Origin: Takakia lepidozioides
Taxonomy: Eukaryota; Plantae; Bryophyta
Direction of reading: 5' to 3'
Length of the DNA stretch: 64,000 bases
Assembly: GCA_030704615.1 (NCBI GenBank)
Contig: CM060731.1
Location: 11,036,001 to 11,100,000 of the forward strand
The translations under genes and the position numbers were made by a program. How positions within the stretch are numbered: position 1 is the first letter of the stretch; each line of letters begins with the position of its first letter. The notes beneath the pieces were generated by a model, which was not told the origin of the DNA, did not search any database, and saw only the letters and a list, made by a program, of their open reading frames with translations. Below are positions 49,783 through 62,170 of the stretch, piece after piece.

Positions 49783-52700
49783 TTATTTTTTCTTCTTTGA
49801 CTTTGTGGGCTGTGAAGTACTTCTTGATAACTTCTGTGTGAAGGAAGTTCCCTGCAAGTCCATCCCATTAGAATTATATTGGTTAAAAATGCTCATCTAA
49901 TCAGAATTACATGGACCTAACATCAAAATCTGTCGTGTGGATAACATGCAAATATTCAGCTCACTCTGCACTATTTGAAAACCATTACAGACATATGCTA
50001 CACAAATTGGAGTCTTTGGAAAGGGGGCCAACAAGAGTGGAGTCAGTGTTAGCAAGAGAGAGACTGACCTGAAGCCACTCGCTGTTAGAAGCATCAACAG
50101 TGCCACGTGTGCCTGTCTCAACTTTCTTAGACCTTCTTGTCTTCTGCGGTCAAAACATGTCGGAAACCACACAGTTAAAAATTAATAACTTCTTGTAGTT
50201 GGCTTGCATAACTTCCACCTTATAAAGGATCAACTCCTCCTTTACTCAAACAATGGGTCACGTAGTTCATCACCAAGTAGCAGAATAAAAGCTGTTAGAA
50301 ATGTGATTGAAGACACAATCACATGTAAGGAATCTTCCGCCAGGAATGGTAGAGACCATCCAATATGACTACAAAGGTGCTATATCTGGAAAAGAAGCTC
50401 TACATGCAATTTGCAGGTAGCACGCATTTAACAGATAGTAACCATCTAATGCACACAGTACTCCAAGAGAATGGGGCACAGGCTGCTACCTTTGATAGTT
50501 GCTGGAATTGACTGTACATCCACATGCCAAGAAGTCCCAGCAGACCCAAACCCAGAGTGACGAGGAACACAGTTTCCCCGCTAAGAAAACCACTGGCCTC
50601 AACTACCTCCACTGTGCCATTGTAAAAGACAGTTCTGTGCAGCTGTTCCTCCACCTCATACACCACACTTGCCACAAGATCAAAGCTTCCTGGCTGCAAT
50701 CACCACTTAGTCATTCCAGTTACCAGCAGCAGCAACCAGGAGTTGTACACATTGCAAATTATTGCTGAGCCTACGTTTAAACAGAGCAGAAAAAATGGGA
50801 TGGGGTATGGGATGAGGGTACAATACCAGGCCTTTGTTTTTCACTTGGCATCAGTTAGATGCAACTATTTGTCTAGACAAGCAGCATATGTTTAGTTCAA
50901 ACTGCCAGAGCAGTTTGAACTTCAGCTAGCCAAGGAAGAGATGAACTTCCCTGTAAACATTGGCCATCGCATGCCCGAGGGATATCATCCCCCCTGGAGC
51001 TTCTGACAGGAGGGTTAAAAACTTTATTTGAAGTCGCAATAGAATGTGAACTGTTGCTCGCAAATACAACAATTCACTCAATTCTGTGCATTGCAAGAAG
51101 AAACTGCACTAGATTCAGTCTGAAGCTAACCACACTGACAGCCCACGCATTACCTGGAGATACTTGTTCACCGTGAAAGGATACGAGAAGGACGCCTGTA
51201 TGGCAGGAGGCACAGTGGCACTTTCAAATTCCTGCAACCACCATCTGCCACTGTAACTATCCAATCTAGGTCATGCCTTTATTGGTCCCCTTTCCACAGG
51301 AATTTATTAAAATCGAGTTTGTCCATCACACATTTAACTTGGTGGGTCAGGACTCCCTCCCACCCAAAAAAACAAAGAGAAAAACCTTCACACCAAACCT
51401 AACATTGCATGTGTTCCAGCTGCTGCCTCCACATTATCCAAGACCTTAGAACTCAATAGACACAACTACTCCAGTGCATCCCGCTCCACCTCTAGTCAAT
51501 ATGTTGAACCCAGATCTCTATACACCACATACTAGACTCTCCCCAACCAACAACTTTGGCAGTGAGTATAGGGACTCAGTTTGGCCTACCAGGTCAACCA
51601 ATGAAATGGGCAGTCATTGCGAATTTAAGCCAAATATTCTGAAGTGAATAAACACCAATGCCATTCACAGAAGTCTCTCTACACCTGGCCCTTGCCAAAC
51701 TACAGAGGATATGAAGAGTAAGGACATTACCTGAGCAGTGAAGTTTTGGACGAACATGCGATGATCAAAAGGTAAATGAAGGCTGGCCCGAATCAGCACC
51801 ACCTTCAGCGGCGCCTCCCCTGTATCCAATCTTGCACCCCATATTCCTCACTACACTCTTTTCACCAGCAAGAATTCTAGAATACTGTAGGGCACTCAAT
51901 CTCCATACTAATAAGCAGGTGTAACATCACATTATACCAGGCCTGTCCAAACTGAAGTGAAAATTTGACAACCCATGCTAGGCCAGTTTCCGGTTTGATC
52001 CTGATTGGTTTATGATTGCAAGGGGTTGAGAACTTACATAGCATCACCAAAATTAAGCAAACATATTCATCAATGTACCTTGCAGCATGGGCATCTGCCA
52101 ATACTCATCATCTTACTGCATAAGTCAAACTTCACACGCATTGCATGACATTGACCCCCTCGATGATGAAGGCAATAAGAAACCCACACATGTCGGGCCA
52201 CAACATCATCATGTCTGTCTTCAAGGTTGTTCTGCTGTGATATAGGGCTTATTTTGAGAAAAGCAACAGCAAAGACTAGAAAGAAGATGAGCTCACCATT
52301 GTTACTGATTCCCACCAATATCTCTGCTGGCTCTCCTGCTGTCAACGCTGCAAAGCTCCAAGTCCATCCACAGATAATTGACACTCAGCTTAAGAGAAAC
52401 AGGGGTGCTTTGACAGGCGAGTATGGAATATTCTCCATCCCATTGCCAACTTAATTGACTTCTCCAGCTGTTACAACGAAGAAGTAACAGCTGCAGTCGA
52501 CCTCTCCCATCTCATCATCTGAGAATGATAAAACAAGGAAAGAAGAAGCCTCAAGACCATCAAGAAGCCAACTTAACCACGGCAGAAAATTTGGAACATA
52601 CTCTTTTGAGGATTCTTGGGAAAGTAGAAGACGCTCTCCACACCAGTAGCAGATCCAAGAATGTCATCGGCAGTCACGTCAGAAATCCGCTCATCAACAA

Positions 52701-53391
52701 GCCCCACTTCGCCACCCTCTCCTCCTACTCCAATGTCCTCCACCTCATCTTCACCTGCGGCGGTCACCACTATGACCAACCAGCTCCACGATATAGAGAA
52801 AATCCACGTGCAGCACACAAGTCACCCAAACATCTATGCAAGGACTTTATCACATACTTCGCATGTACTCCGTGACAACAGGTTGGAACTATTACTTCTG
52901 GAGCATGCCATGCCATTCACTTGCAGCTATAGGACCTCACGATAGTAAAACCTCAGGCAGATGCAGCGGACTGATCGCACATTGCTATGGCTTTTCCGAA
53001 CTAGAAAATTTCCCACTACGCGGTTCCATGCAGAGTTCACCAGCTGTAGGTTTTCAGCCCTAAATCAGGCAACATGTCTACACCGATGCTTCTCAGCACC
53101 ACACTATCCACTTTCATTCAACCAGCACGAAAAACGCCAGTGCTTTGGCAGACGTGGTAAAAAGTGCTTGAATCTCAGCTCACAAAACGCCTAGAAAACA
53201 CCTGTCAGTCCCCGCAGATACACACGACCATCCTCAAATATATGAACAAAGAAGGGGAATGAGAAGACCACAAAGTCACCGCATTCGGGAGAAAAATGCA
53301 AACCTGCCACAGACATAAACGAGTGCGCCAGAAGCAGAGACACCAGAAGCAGCACGATCAGACTACACCATGTCCGTCTTGGACTCGCCAT
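49783..53391 (-). CDS. SSR1: translocon-associated protein subunit alpha (TRAP-alpha); exons 53391-53304, 52754-52602, 52347-52297, 51819-51731, 51231-51154, 50693-50490, 50143-50069, 49851-49783
   Basis: Signal peptide, acidic N-terminus, AGEPAEILVG, ASLHLPFDH..VQNFT, YLQPGSFDLV, FYNGTVEVVEASG, TM, KKVETGT...EWLQGT, C-terminal KSKKKK; all splice phases consistent. Confidence 0.93.
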
Positions 53392-54232
53392 CCTCGCGAT
53401 CCAGCCCCACACTGCAAATCTCTCGAGTCTTACGATCGCTTCCCTCGGAAGAGACGACTGCAGGAGCTCAGTTACTTGACTCTACACCCTAAACCAGCCC
53501 ACCCCCTGGATGAACTCTTTTGCCAGCTTTTCTTTGTATTGGTTCCCCCTCATCCTAGAAATCTAGAATAACCTCCCTAAAGGTTGCCCCGTCAAGTCTG
53601 ATTTTGTCAAGAATAGGACGGATGCCAGACCCCTTTATAAAGGTCTTTCCTTTCATCCCACCCCCCAGGGCTAATTCACTACTACCTCTGCCTTCTTCCC
53701 TCGGGAAGCACAATATATCTGGGCCAAACCTCAACCCAGAGACTGGAAAGTCCCCCACTTGCCTATACATTATATAACTGGTTAGTAGTTTAGGACCAGC
53801 TTTATTTATAACTTGGGTGACCATCCAACATACACTTATGTAGCTTTGAACTCCCGACCACTAGTAAAGCAACGTTGTGGTCCAACCAGTGGGCCAGTTC
53901 ATGGATGTTTCATAATCTACATTTATATGTGTATATAAAATGCAGTTAAAGAAATTCAGCTAATAGAATAAGTGGGGAAGTCTGACTTATGAAAATAATG
54001 GACAGGAAAATGGCAGGAAAAGGGGGAATGGGTGGCTGGAAGAGAAGCTTGAGAGATTGAGGGAGGCAAGGCAAAGTGTGTGTTGGTATGCAGGGAGTGA
54101 TGGTGTGGTCACAGGAAGAAGCAGTCCTGCAGGCACACAATGCTGGGGCTCAGCAAGCATGCTGGCAATTGACAAATCCTTTCTTGTTGCTGAGTGAATA
54201 GGAGGAGGGGGAGGAGGAGGAGGAGGGGAAGA
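53392..54232. promoter_or_regulatory. probable shared divergent promoter region (SSR1 / carrier)
   Basis: Head-to-head ATGs 841 bp apart; two TGGGCC site-II-like motifs (53720, 53890). Confidence 0.4.
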
Positions 54233-55165
54233 ATGGGGGAAGTGGCCAAGGATTTGGGTGCAGGGACGACGGCAGGAGTGGCACAGCTGCTGGTGGGGCA
54301 TCCGTTTGATACCATAAAAGTGAAGCTACAGAGCCAGCCCACACCTCTCCCTGGACAGGCCCCAAAATTTTCTGGTGCAATGGATGCTGTCAGGCAAACA
54401 CTGGCTGCAGAGGGCCCCAGGGGTTTGTACAAAGGGATGGGAGCTCCCCTGGCTACTGTGGCAGTGTTCAATGCAGTTCTCTTCACTGCAAGAGGGCAGA
54501 TGGAGGTGTTACTTCGGGATGGGCCAGGATCCCACCTGTCTGTTTCTCAACAAATGGTGGCCGGTGCAGGAGCTGGAGTGGCAGTTTCATTTGTTGCTTG
54601 TCCCACAGAGCTTGTGAAATGCAGACTGCAAGCACAAAGTGCTTTGGCAACTGTAGAAGCCCCTGTGCTTGCGACGGTGGGTGGGGGCGGGACTGCGACG
54701 GTGGCGTCCGCTGTTCGATACAGTGGCCCTCTCGATGTTGCTCGCCAGGTATTGCGGTCTGAGGGAGGAATTATTGGGTTGTTCAAGGGTCTTACTCCAA
54801 CTCTCATGCGAGAGGTGCCTGGTAATGCTGCCATGTTCGGCGCCTATGAAGCCACCAAGCAATTGGTAGCGGGAGGGAAGGACACTTCACAACTTGGGCG
54901 CGGTTCGCAGCTCTTTGCTGGTGGAGTTGCAGGTGCAATGTTCTGGGTGTCTGTCTATCCAACAGATGTAATCAAGAGTGTGATCCAGGTCGATGATTAC
55001 CGGAATCCAAAGTATAAAGGTACCCTTGACGCATTCAACAAGGTGTTTGCAGCTGAAGGTGTGAAGGGACTTTACCGAGGATTTGGTCCTGCCATGGCCC
55101 GCAGCGTCCCTGCCAATGCTGCATGTTTCCTAGCTTATGAGTTGGTGAGGGAGATGCTTGGCTAG
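54233..55165 (+). CDS. BOU: mitochondrial carnitine/acylcarnitine-like (BOU-type) carrier, single coding exon
   Basis: MGEVAKDLGAGT..GVAQLLVGHPFDTIKVKLQSQP and three PX(D/E)XX(K/R) SLC25 repeats; uninterrupted 310-aa ORF. Confidence 0.92.
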   Translation: MGEVAKDLGAGTTAGVAQLLVGHPFDTIKVKLQSQPTPLPGQAPKFSGAMDAVRQTLAAEGPRGLYKGMGAPLATVAVFNAVLFTARGQMEVLLRDGPGSHLSVSQQMVAGAGAGVAVSFVACPTELVKCRLQAQSALATVEAPVLATVGGGGTATVASAVRYSGPLDVARQVLRSEGGIIGLFKGLTPTLMREVPGNAAMFGAYEATKQLVAGGKDTSQLGRGSQLFAGGVAGAMFWVSVYPTDVIKSVIQVDDYRNPKYKGTLDAFNKVFAAEGVKGLYRGFGPAMARSVPANAACFLAYELVREMLG

Positions 55166-57278
55166 TCTGATGTGTTAATTAATATGCAGTCTCGTGCCTA
55201 TTGCATGTTGTCTGCAAGCATTGAGCCGAGGGCTAAACAGCTGGATAGCTCTGTACTATGCCTGGATCAGATCATTCTTAATTTGTCATCCCATTGATTT
55301 GGATAGAAATCTGGTGGATATTCTAGGGTGTATCATATTTGCTGACTTTCTCACCCTCAGACTGGGTGTTGCCACGAAGAAAACACAGCAGCTTCTGTAG
55401 TGAGTCCATGTTTCCCCCTCCATTCTTTCAAATATGAATTAGTACTGTGAATCAGAGAGAGTCTCAGGAAGAAAATTTGTCTTCCGTGCATCATCATCAC
55501 ATCTAAAATCTGGATGGTTCTTTGTAACGTACAAGTCTGAGCAGTATCACCGCATCCTCCCCAACATCCTCTAGTTTCATGTAACAACCACAAATCTGGT
55601 GAAGGTCCACATGTAATTTGCTTTTCTGTCAAGAAGGTAATGGGAAGAGAATTTTCCTTTGCAACCAGGATCCAGTCGGAACTTGTCAAGAAAAGAGTAG
55701 TGGACTCTCAATCTCAATCTGATGTGAGTTTATGACAGGGATGTGGAGAGGAGGGCCAGCTAGTTCTTGTCCACTTTCCACTATCCATATTCCAGTGTTC
55801 ACTCAAAAGCTGGTTGCGAATCAAGATTTCTTTTGTCCGCCAGGAAGCCTCTAGCATACTGTATTCACTGTCTACCACAGTGCCGAGCACCCATTTTGGT
55901 AGGTGTTAGTAGTCCATGGTTTGAACAGACATGGATCCCTTGGAGTAGCCAAGTGATGTGTGTCTTGCAATGCATTAGGAAACTGCCAGCCCACAAGCTT
56001 TGCCAGACATACTGTTGCCTATTTATCTCCTGTAATTTCATATGATCCTTGTTCAAAGTATGATCACACGTCTAAACGCAGTGCAAGAAGACATTGGAGT
56101 CTCTGAAGTGATAAATACCATCTGGACTGCCATGGCCCGCAGCAGTTAGTCAGGCCTTAAACTCTAGTTTCTCTTTAGGAAGTGACTGAACAGTAACGCC
56201 TCAATCCTAATTGGAGATATATCTGTATGCAAGTGAAGGCAGTGCAGGCCAGGTAAGAGGTCATACAACTTTTCATTATGGTATTACTAACATAAGAGTG
56301 CCAAGAAGATCACCATTTTCTTTCCCCCCTACATGACAGAAAGGGTTTTTATTATGCCTTCCCCTCGATTGGCATGCCGATAGAACCAAGACTGGAAAGT
56401 GTCAAATATTAAAAATTCTTTCAAGTTGAACCAACACACTCATTGCTATTGGTGATATCATGGGCAAGTCCCAAGAACACTGCTACCCAAAAGAGCAAAG
56501 CGTCCAAGGCAACTTTGCCCTGAAGAATACATGGACCTGGACCTGCTGAACTGAGTTCTGCAGGTCATCCCACACAGAGAGGCAACAATAGGATAAATCT
56601 TCATCAATGTGGTGCGTCCATAGCCTTTTATGCACAGAGCATAATGTTGAGCCTGAAAGGGTACACAGCATACCAATCATTTGAAATGCGCACTTCTGCA
56701 GGGTTAGGCCATCCCATCTTCAGCCATTCCTTCTAACCCTAACCTTGACCTCCCCTGAGGGGTAGCCCAGTGCCATCAACACCACCTACAATGTTGTGTA
56801 TGAAGCATCCATGCCACAACTTATTCATGAAGATTTGACAAATGCGATAACTGCAAATTCACCCAAGCAGAAGCTGGTTGATGCCCAGAAGAGGCTGTTT
56901 CATATAAACCCTTGGTGCAACCCATACATGACCTACAAAAACTGCCTGTGCTCAAGTGTTAGAAAGTAACACATACTAGAGTGCAGCAGAATGATCTCAA
57001 TTAGTCAAGTCTCCAGATATATTCAAAACGGAAAAGGACTGCCTTGAAACTGACTTCTCAGCATCTCTATTCTTCTCAGCTGGAGGGATAGAGGATAAAT
57101 AAGCAGCACCCTCTTAAGTGGCTCGAAGTGCAAACACAATAACATGGCTCTTCGAGAGTCCAGGTTACCATATCAGAAGTTTGCAACTGGTTTAGACGGT
57201 AAATGAGCTTCCTTCACATTAATGGAACCCCCTTAAATCAACAAACATGTCATGTGTGCTTTGTACATTCTGAAGGGT

Positions 57279-60200
57279 TCAAGGCTTCCATGGAGCTTGA
57301 GGCGGAGGTGGGGATGGGAACATGGGGGGGATTGCAGCAAAGATGGTGTTTGCATCCACACCACTGTGCGTGACAGTGGAGAGGGCAGCCAGAGCTCCAA
57401 CCAATCCTGCATTGCCTGCAATTGTTGGCTCTGCTTGGTTGTAGTTGGTGCGCTTATCATCGTACTGATCGTGTTTATCCGGCCCCGCAACCATGGCACC
57501 CTCAACGACATGCGGATTTGGTGCTTTCTTGTCCCGCCATTGAAATCCAGCTGAGCAACCATACCTCACTCCATTCTTGGGGATGGAAGCGGCACGATGA
57601 TGCACTTCTTTGGGATACTTGCTGCCGAAGCCCACTAAATAGCTCATGCTCAATGGGTTTTTGCCCAATACATAATCAACCTGCAACCGTCCAATAACAA
57701 AATTACTTCTCTTTTTCAACTCTATGCACCATTTATGGTACAGTAGTACGTACTATCAAAGCAATCACATCACTCACGATGTCTTTGGCAGATCATATGA
57801 GACTATCATGTTGTGATTACTGTTCAAAGACATGCCCAGCTAGTCTGAGCTTATATCAGTACTGGTTTATATCTGTTCTGGAGTAAAATTTACCATAAGG
57901 AAAACAGAAAACGTCGCATTTCCAAGAGAACTTGGGCGTCATGATCAGGTACATCCACAGGGACCATTCAAGTTGAAAAAGGGTTAGGAGATACTGACCT
58001 GCGACTGGGAGAAATTACGCAGTACACTTGATAAGAAGAAGTTTGGGCCACAATCCCAGCCTGGGACATCAGCTGCGTCCAGGTAATCGGCATACAGCCC
58101 TCCCAAAAATGCAGCATTTACAGCATATTGTAGCGGTTGAGGATGGCCATGATTAAATAGAGTCAGCCCCCCTGCTTGATACACCACATGGCATCAATAA
58201 TCTATCATCCCCTTACCCCCACAGAGCATACATACCCTTGTAAACTATTGACACAAAAAATTTAAGATTTCCAAAACTACACAATCTACCAACTCACTGT
58301 GAAGGGCACTGTTGAGAAGCTCATGCCACAAAGATTCACCTAGCGTAGCTTGTTATTTCTAAGGGCAAGGAATGGTCAGATTAGTCATGTGACTGACTCA
58401 CATACTCTTCAAGAAGAACCTTTAACCAACACTCCACCTGCACTACCTGCCTAAGAGGAGCAAGAATTTGGCCCCAATAAGTAACTAGGTCAGCTTCCGA
58501 CACACACTTTGACAAAGGTTAGGCCAGAAGGGGAAACTGCTCACATATCTTCTGAGGATGTAATAGATGCTTGGTAAAGGCATGCCCAAAGCATCACGGA
58601 CCCCAGCTTAGATACAATGTCAATAACAACACTTGCTGCCTGAGGAATGGACCCCGTGTTCTCTTCAAGTGAAGGTGAACAAGGGTTTTCCAGAAACAGA
58701 CAACTAGTAGCAGACAGGGAGAAAAAGGGAAGAGAGAGTGAGCAGCAGGGATAGTGTTGTGCCCTAAAACCAACAGGCGGTGTAGCAAGAAGTGAAAGGG
58801 AATATAACAGATGTAGTACTTGTTTGAATTTGATATTTTCGTTGTGTCCTCCAGAACTAACAACAACACCATTTGGTGAGTATTGCTGGGAGACCTGCCA
58901 TTGACACTGTACTTAAAGTAATATATTCACTTCAGGCAAGAGGACATAAACAAGGGTGTGAAGCACACCTTTTGTTCGGTTGAACGTGCTGAAGACAGGC
59001 AGATAGGAGCACATAACAATGTTTGTCTCATTATGGTACTGCTTCAAGACCTGCTCATATGGATAGGGTGGTCCTTGCAACATCCGCAACCTTGACAAAA
59101 GTAGCTGCAAGGTAACATTGTATACATCAAAATGGAGCATAATGACCACTTCTTGCTAGGCTAGAGACCATCATCTCTGTAACTAATCTGAACAGAAAAG
59201 TATATAATACTCACTGAAGGTACACACACCTGAGCACCGATGAGCTTGTTGTCCCAATCGAAGACACCATAGTAGGGGCCGCCCCCCCTAGCACCAGCAT
59301 GATCTGCAAGGGCCTGATTGGTGACCAGACTGAGGTAGGTGTTGTTCCCAGTGGCATAGTACATCCAGGCTCCTCCCCAAACAAACTCATCCCAGTAACC
59401 TGTGGAGTTGTAGAAAACAGCCTCTCCAGGTGGTAGACTTGTACTGTAGCGGCCCCTATTGCCTCCACTCCTGGCATATTTGTAAAGGGCTTTGGCACCG
59501 GTCACCAGCTTTGTCGAGTATAGAGGGTTGTCCTTGAACACAATAGAGGCAGCTGCTAGTGCTGCCGCCATCTCAGCAGCCAAGTCTGTAGCTGTTGTTA
59601 TGGCAATTGCTGGACGAGGATAGTCCATGTCCTCAGGTCTCTCCCAGCAGGAATGATCATTGGGGCTTGAGGAGTTCCCTACACCTACCTGCATTGTCCG
59701 GCATGCCAGCGCCACACTTAAAATTTGTGCCCTGAAGTTGGGAATGTGGAAGAGATGGCCTTCCCAAAGCTGTGCAGTGTCAACTAAAGAGATAGATGCT
59801 GTAGAACTGTCAGATACAACAGACTAGACTCAGGAGAGGTTAGACCTCCAAATATCAGTTTGCATACCTGTGCAAATATCCATTGGATATTAGAAGCATT
59901 GAAGGTTTTCAGCATGTAGTCTGTGCCCCACTTGATGATTTCTTTCACATGGACCAGCTCGCCTGCAGCTTCATACTTTGATCTATACTCGATCACACTC
60001 CAGCTCAGTAGAGTCATTGAGAATGCTCCGGGGAAGCCGAACTTGATGGCGTCGCCGGCGTCATAGTAGCCCCCCGTAAGGTCCGTTGCTGGTCCACCTT
60101 GTGCGTTCTTCTTCCCGTCGTTCATACCCGATGTCCCTCGCCAAGATACGTTGTTCGAAGGTGGCAACTTTCCAGCTTCATCACCAATAACCAGTGTCAG

Positions 60201-60846
60201 TACATTGGAGTAACATCATGACACCAGACATGAACGCTTTTGACTCAAATCGTCAGGCTTATGTGTGCGTCCTTCATATACAATTGCTTGCCAAATTCGC
60301 TGAGATGATCGCTTCGAGCTCATGGGTCGGGCACATACAAGCATTCAACAATGTCGCTATGTGAAGAAGAAATCCGAGTTCGGGACCCTAGAGACTATTC
60401 TGGTATAAAAATAGGGGATGAGGGAAACGGATCCACAGAGTGCTCTGCAAACGCAAATACCAGAGTGCCTCAAGGCCAAGAAACTTACATTTTTGCGCAT
60501 CGAAAAAGTGAAGGGCCTTTTTCAAAGCGATTGTGTAATTGTCCAGAGGCGGCGGGTGATGGTGATGCCGGGGCGCAACCTTCCAAATAAGAATAGAGAG
60601 GCCCACAATCACCCCGGCAGTCAACAAGGCACAACAAAACATGAGAAATAGCTTGCGGCTGCATGTCATAAATCCCAAATCAATCTGCTTTTTCTTCTTC
60701 TTCGTCGTCGGCTCAAGGAGCCAGCTTTGTTGCGTCTCCTCCAAGCTCTTTACAGAGGCTCGATCGAAGTCCAAGTTCCTGCTATGGTTATCCTCTGCAC
60801 CTGAATCCTGATGCAACTCCAACGGACCTCCCCATGGTGAATACAT
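57279..60846 (-). CDS. KOR1: membrane-anchored endo-1,4-beta-glucanase GH9A (KORRIGAN-like); exons 60846-60489, 60175-59868, 59688-59230, 59104-58969, 58171-57999, 57680-57279
   Basis: [23 protein letters not shown] cytosolic tail, [47 protein letters not shown], Pro-rich [10 protein letters not shown] end; splice phases consistent. Confidence 0.95.
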
Positions 60847-61799
60847 TGTGGCAGAGTGTGGGTGTTCTGCCTGGACTTCCCTTCAGAAAGACTTCCCAAC
60901 ACGCATTCAATGCGCAATGCTCCTAATATCACTGTACTGACCACAGTCTTGGCAGAGCATAGCCTGGCTCATGAGCCAGTTGGTTAAGCTGGATATGTGA
61001 GTCGACTCTGGAAAAATAATCACACACTTGGTTGAAATCCACCGCTTGCGCCTAACCTTACCTCAACATCCCCAGCGACGAGGCCTGCAAATTAAGATCG
61101 ACCCACCCCTGCACTCCTGTCGCTGTATCGAAAAAACAAGTCTTCGCAAGTATCATTCATATCCACATTCTATGAGCACGCGTAGAACATCCACATATAT
61201 AGCGCAAGGACCTCTGTCTCAAATGGCAGGCCTTTAGATCCCTGGTAGATAGGAGCGAAAATGTCTTTGTCCTATCCTCCTGGCCTACAACTTTCCTGCA
61301 GGCCGGTTCCCTTCTCTACGGGACAGTATTTGCAGCCTTGGTCTGAAATCTCAGAAGGAAGAGCCTTCTTACACTCTCGTTCTTGAAATCTTCCCTTCAA
61401 AGCCACCTACATTCACAGGTGTTGTTGACAAGACAGAGGAGACTCTGAGACACAACAGTCTTGATGGTCTTGACTCCGAGCTGAAGCACAACAGACAACA
61501 TTTCAGGCTTGTGTCCCAATGCAGGTCCTACATCCGCAATGCTTCTCCAACGCCTCCCAAGAGTTGACATGCACTTGCACAGAGAGGTATGGTGGTCAGG
61601 GTCAAGGACACCGACACCCACCCCCAGAAGCTCAGGGCAAACTGAGAACCTCCACAGCTCCTTCCAACCTAAACCTCAATAATGCCTGCCACCCAAGCTT
61701 TATTAGCAAGCCTCCACTCCACCAGACCAGGAAGTAGATGGACACCAAAGAGTACAACTTGGGGGTGTCCCCAACCAAAGCTCCACCACACTCACTACT

Positions 61800-62170
61800 T
61801 GTCCATTGCTTTTCTTTCCAGGTGGGTACAAGTAAAGTTGAAGATGTGTAATACTAAAGTTAGTGACGTTCTATACTTATTAGGTAGTACTTAAGCTTAA
61901 GTCTTCACTTGCAATGTGTGGGACTGCTTTGCTAAACTGGGTTCGGATCGGCTCTACAGTATCGCCAATGTTGGGTGTTACATGTGTAGCTTGACTGTTC
62001 AACATGTGAGCTGCCTCAACACACAACTGGTAGTCTAACAGCTCATTATAAGACTCCCCCCTTGTCTTCACCACCACCGACATTGCAATGATCCAACTTT
62101 GGAGGAGCTCAGGACGAAAAAGCTCTAAGGCTTGGGCATAAGTTAGCAGTTAGCCTAACTGCTATTGGGA
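61800..62170 (-). mobile_element. possible Ty1/copia 3' remnant (PPT and LTR)
   Basis: Minus strand shows degenerate ADLxTKPL-like coding followed by an AAGGGGGAGT PPT-like tract near 62060. Confidence 0.3.

Noticed and set aside
54194-54232. Arg-rich N-terminal extension of the carrier from a GTG start
   Set aside because: Derives from a GGA-repeat 5' UTR; family similarity begins at ATG 54233.
42968-60846. Cell-wall gene cluster (FUT plus KORRIGAN)
   Set aside because: FUT is a pseudogene and unrelated genes intervene; proximity is probably coincidental.
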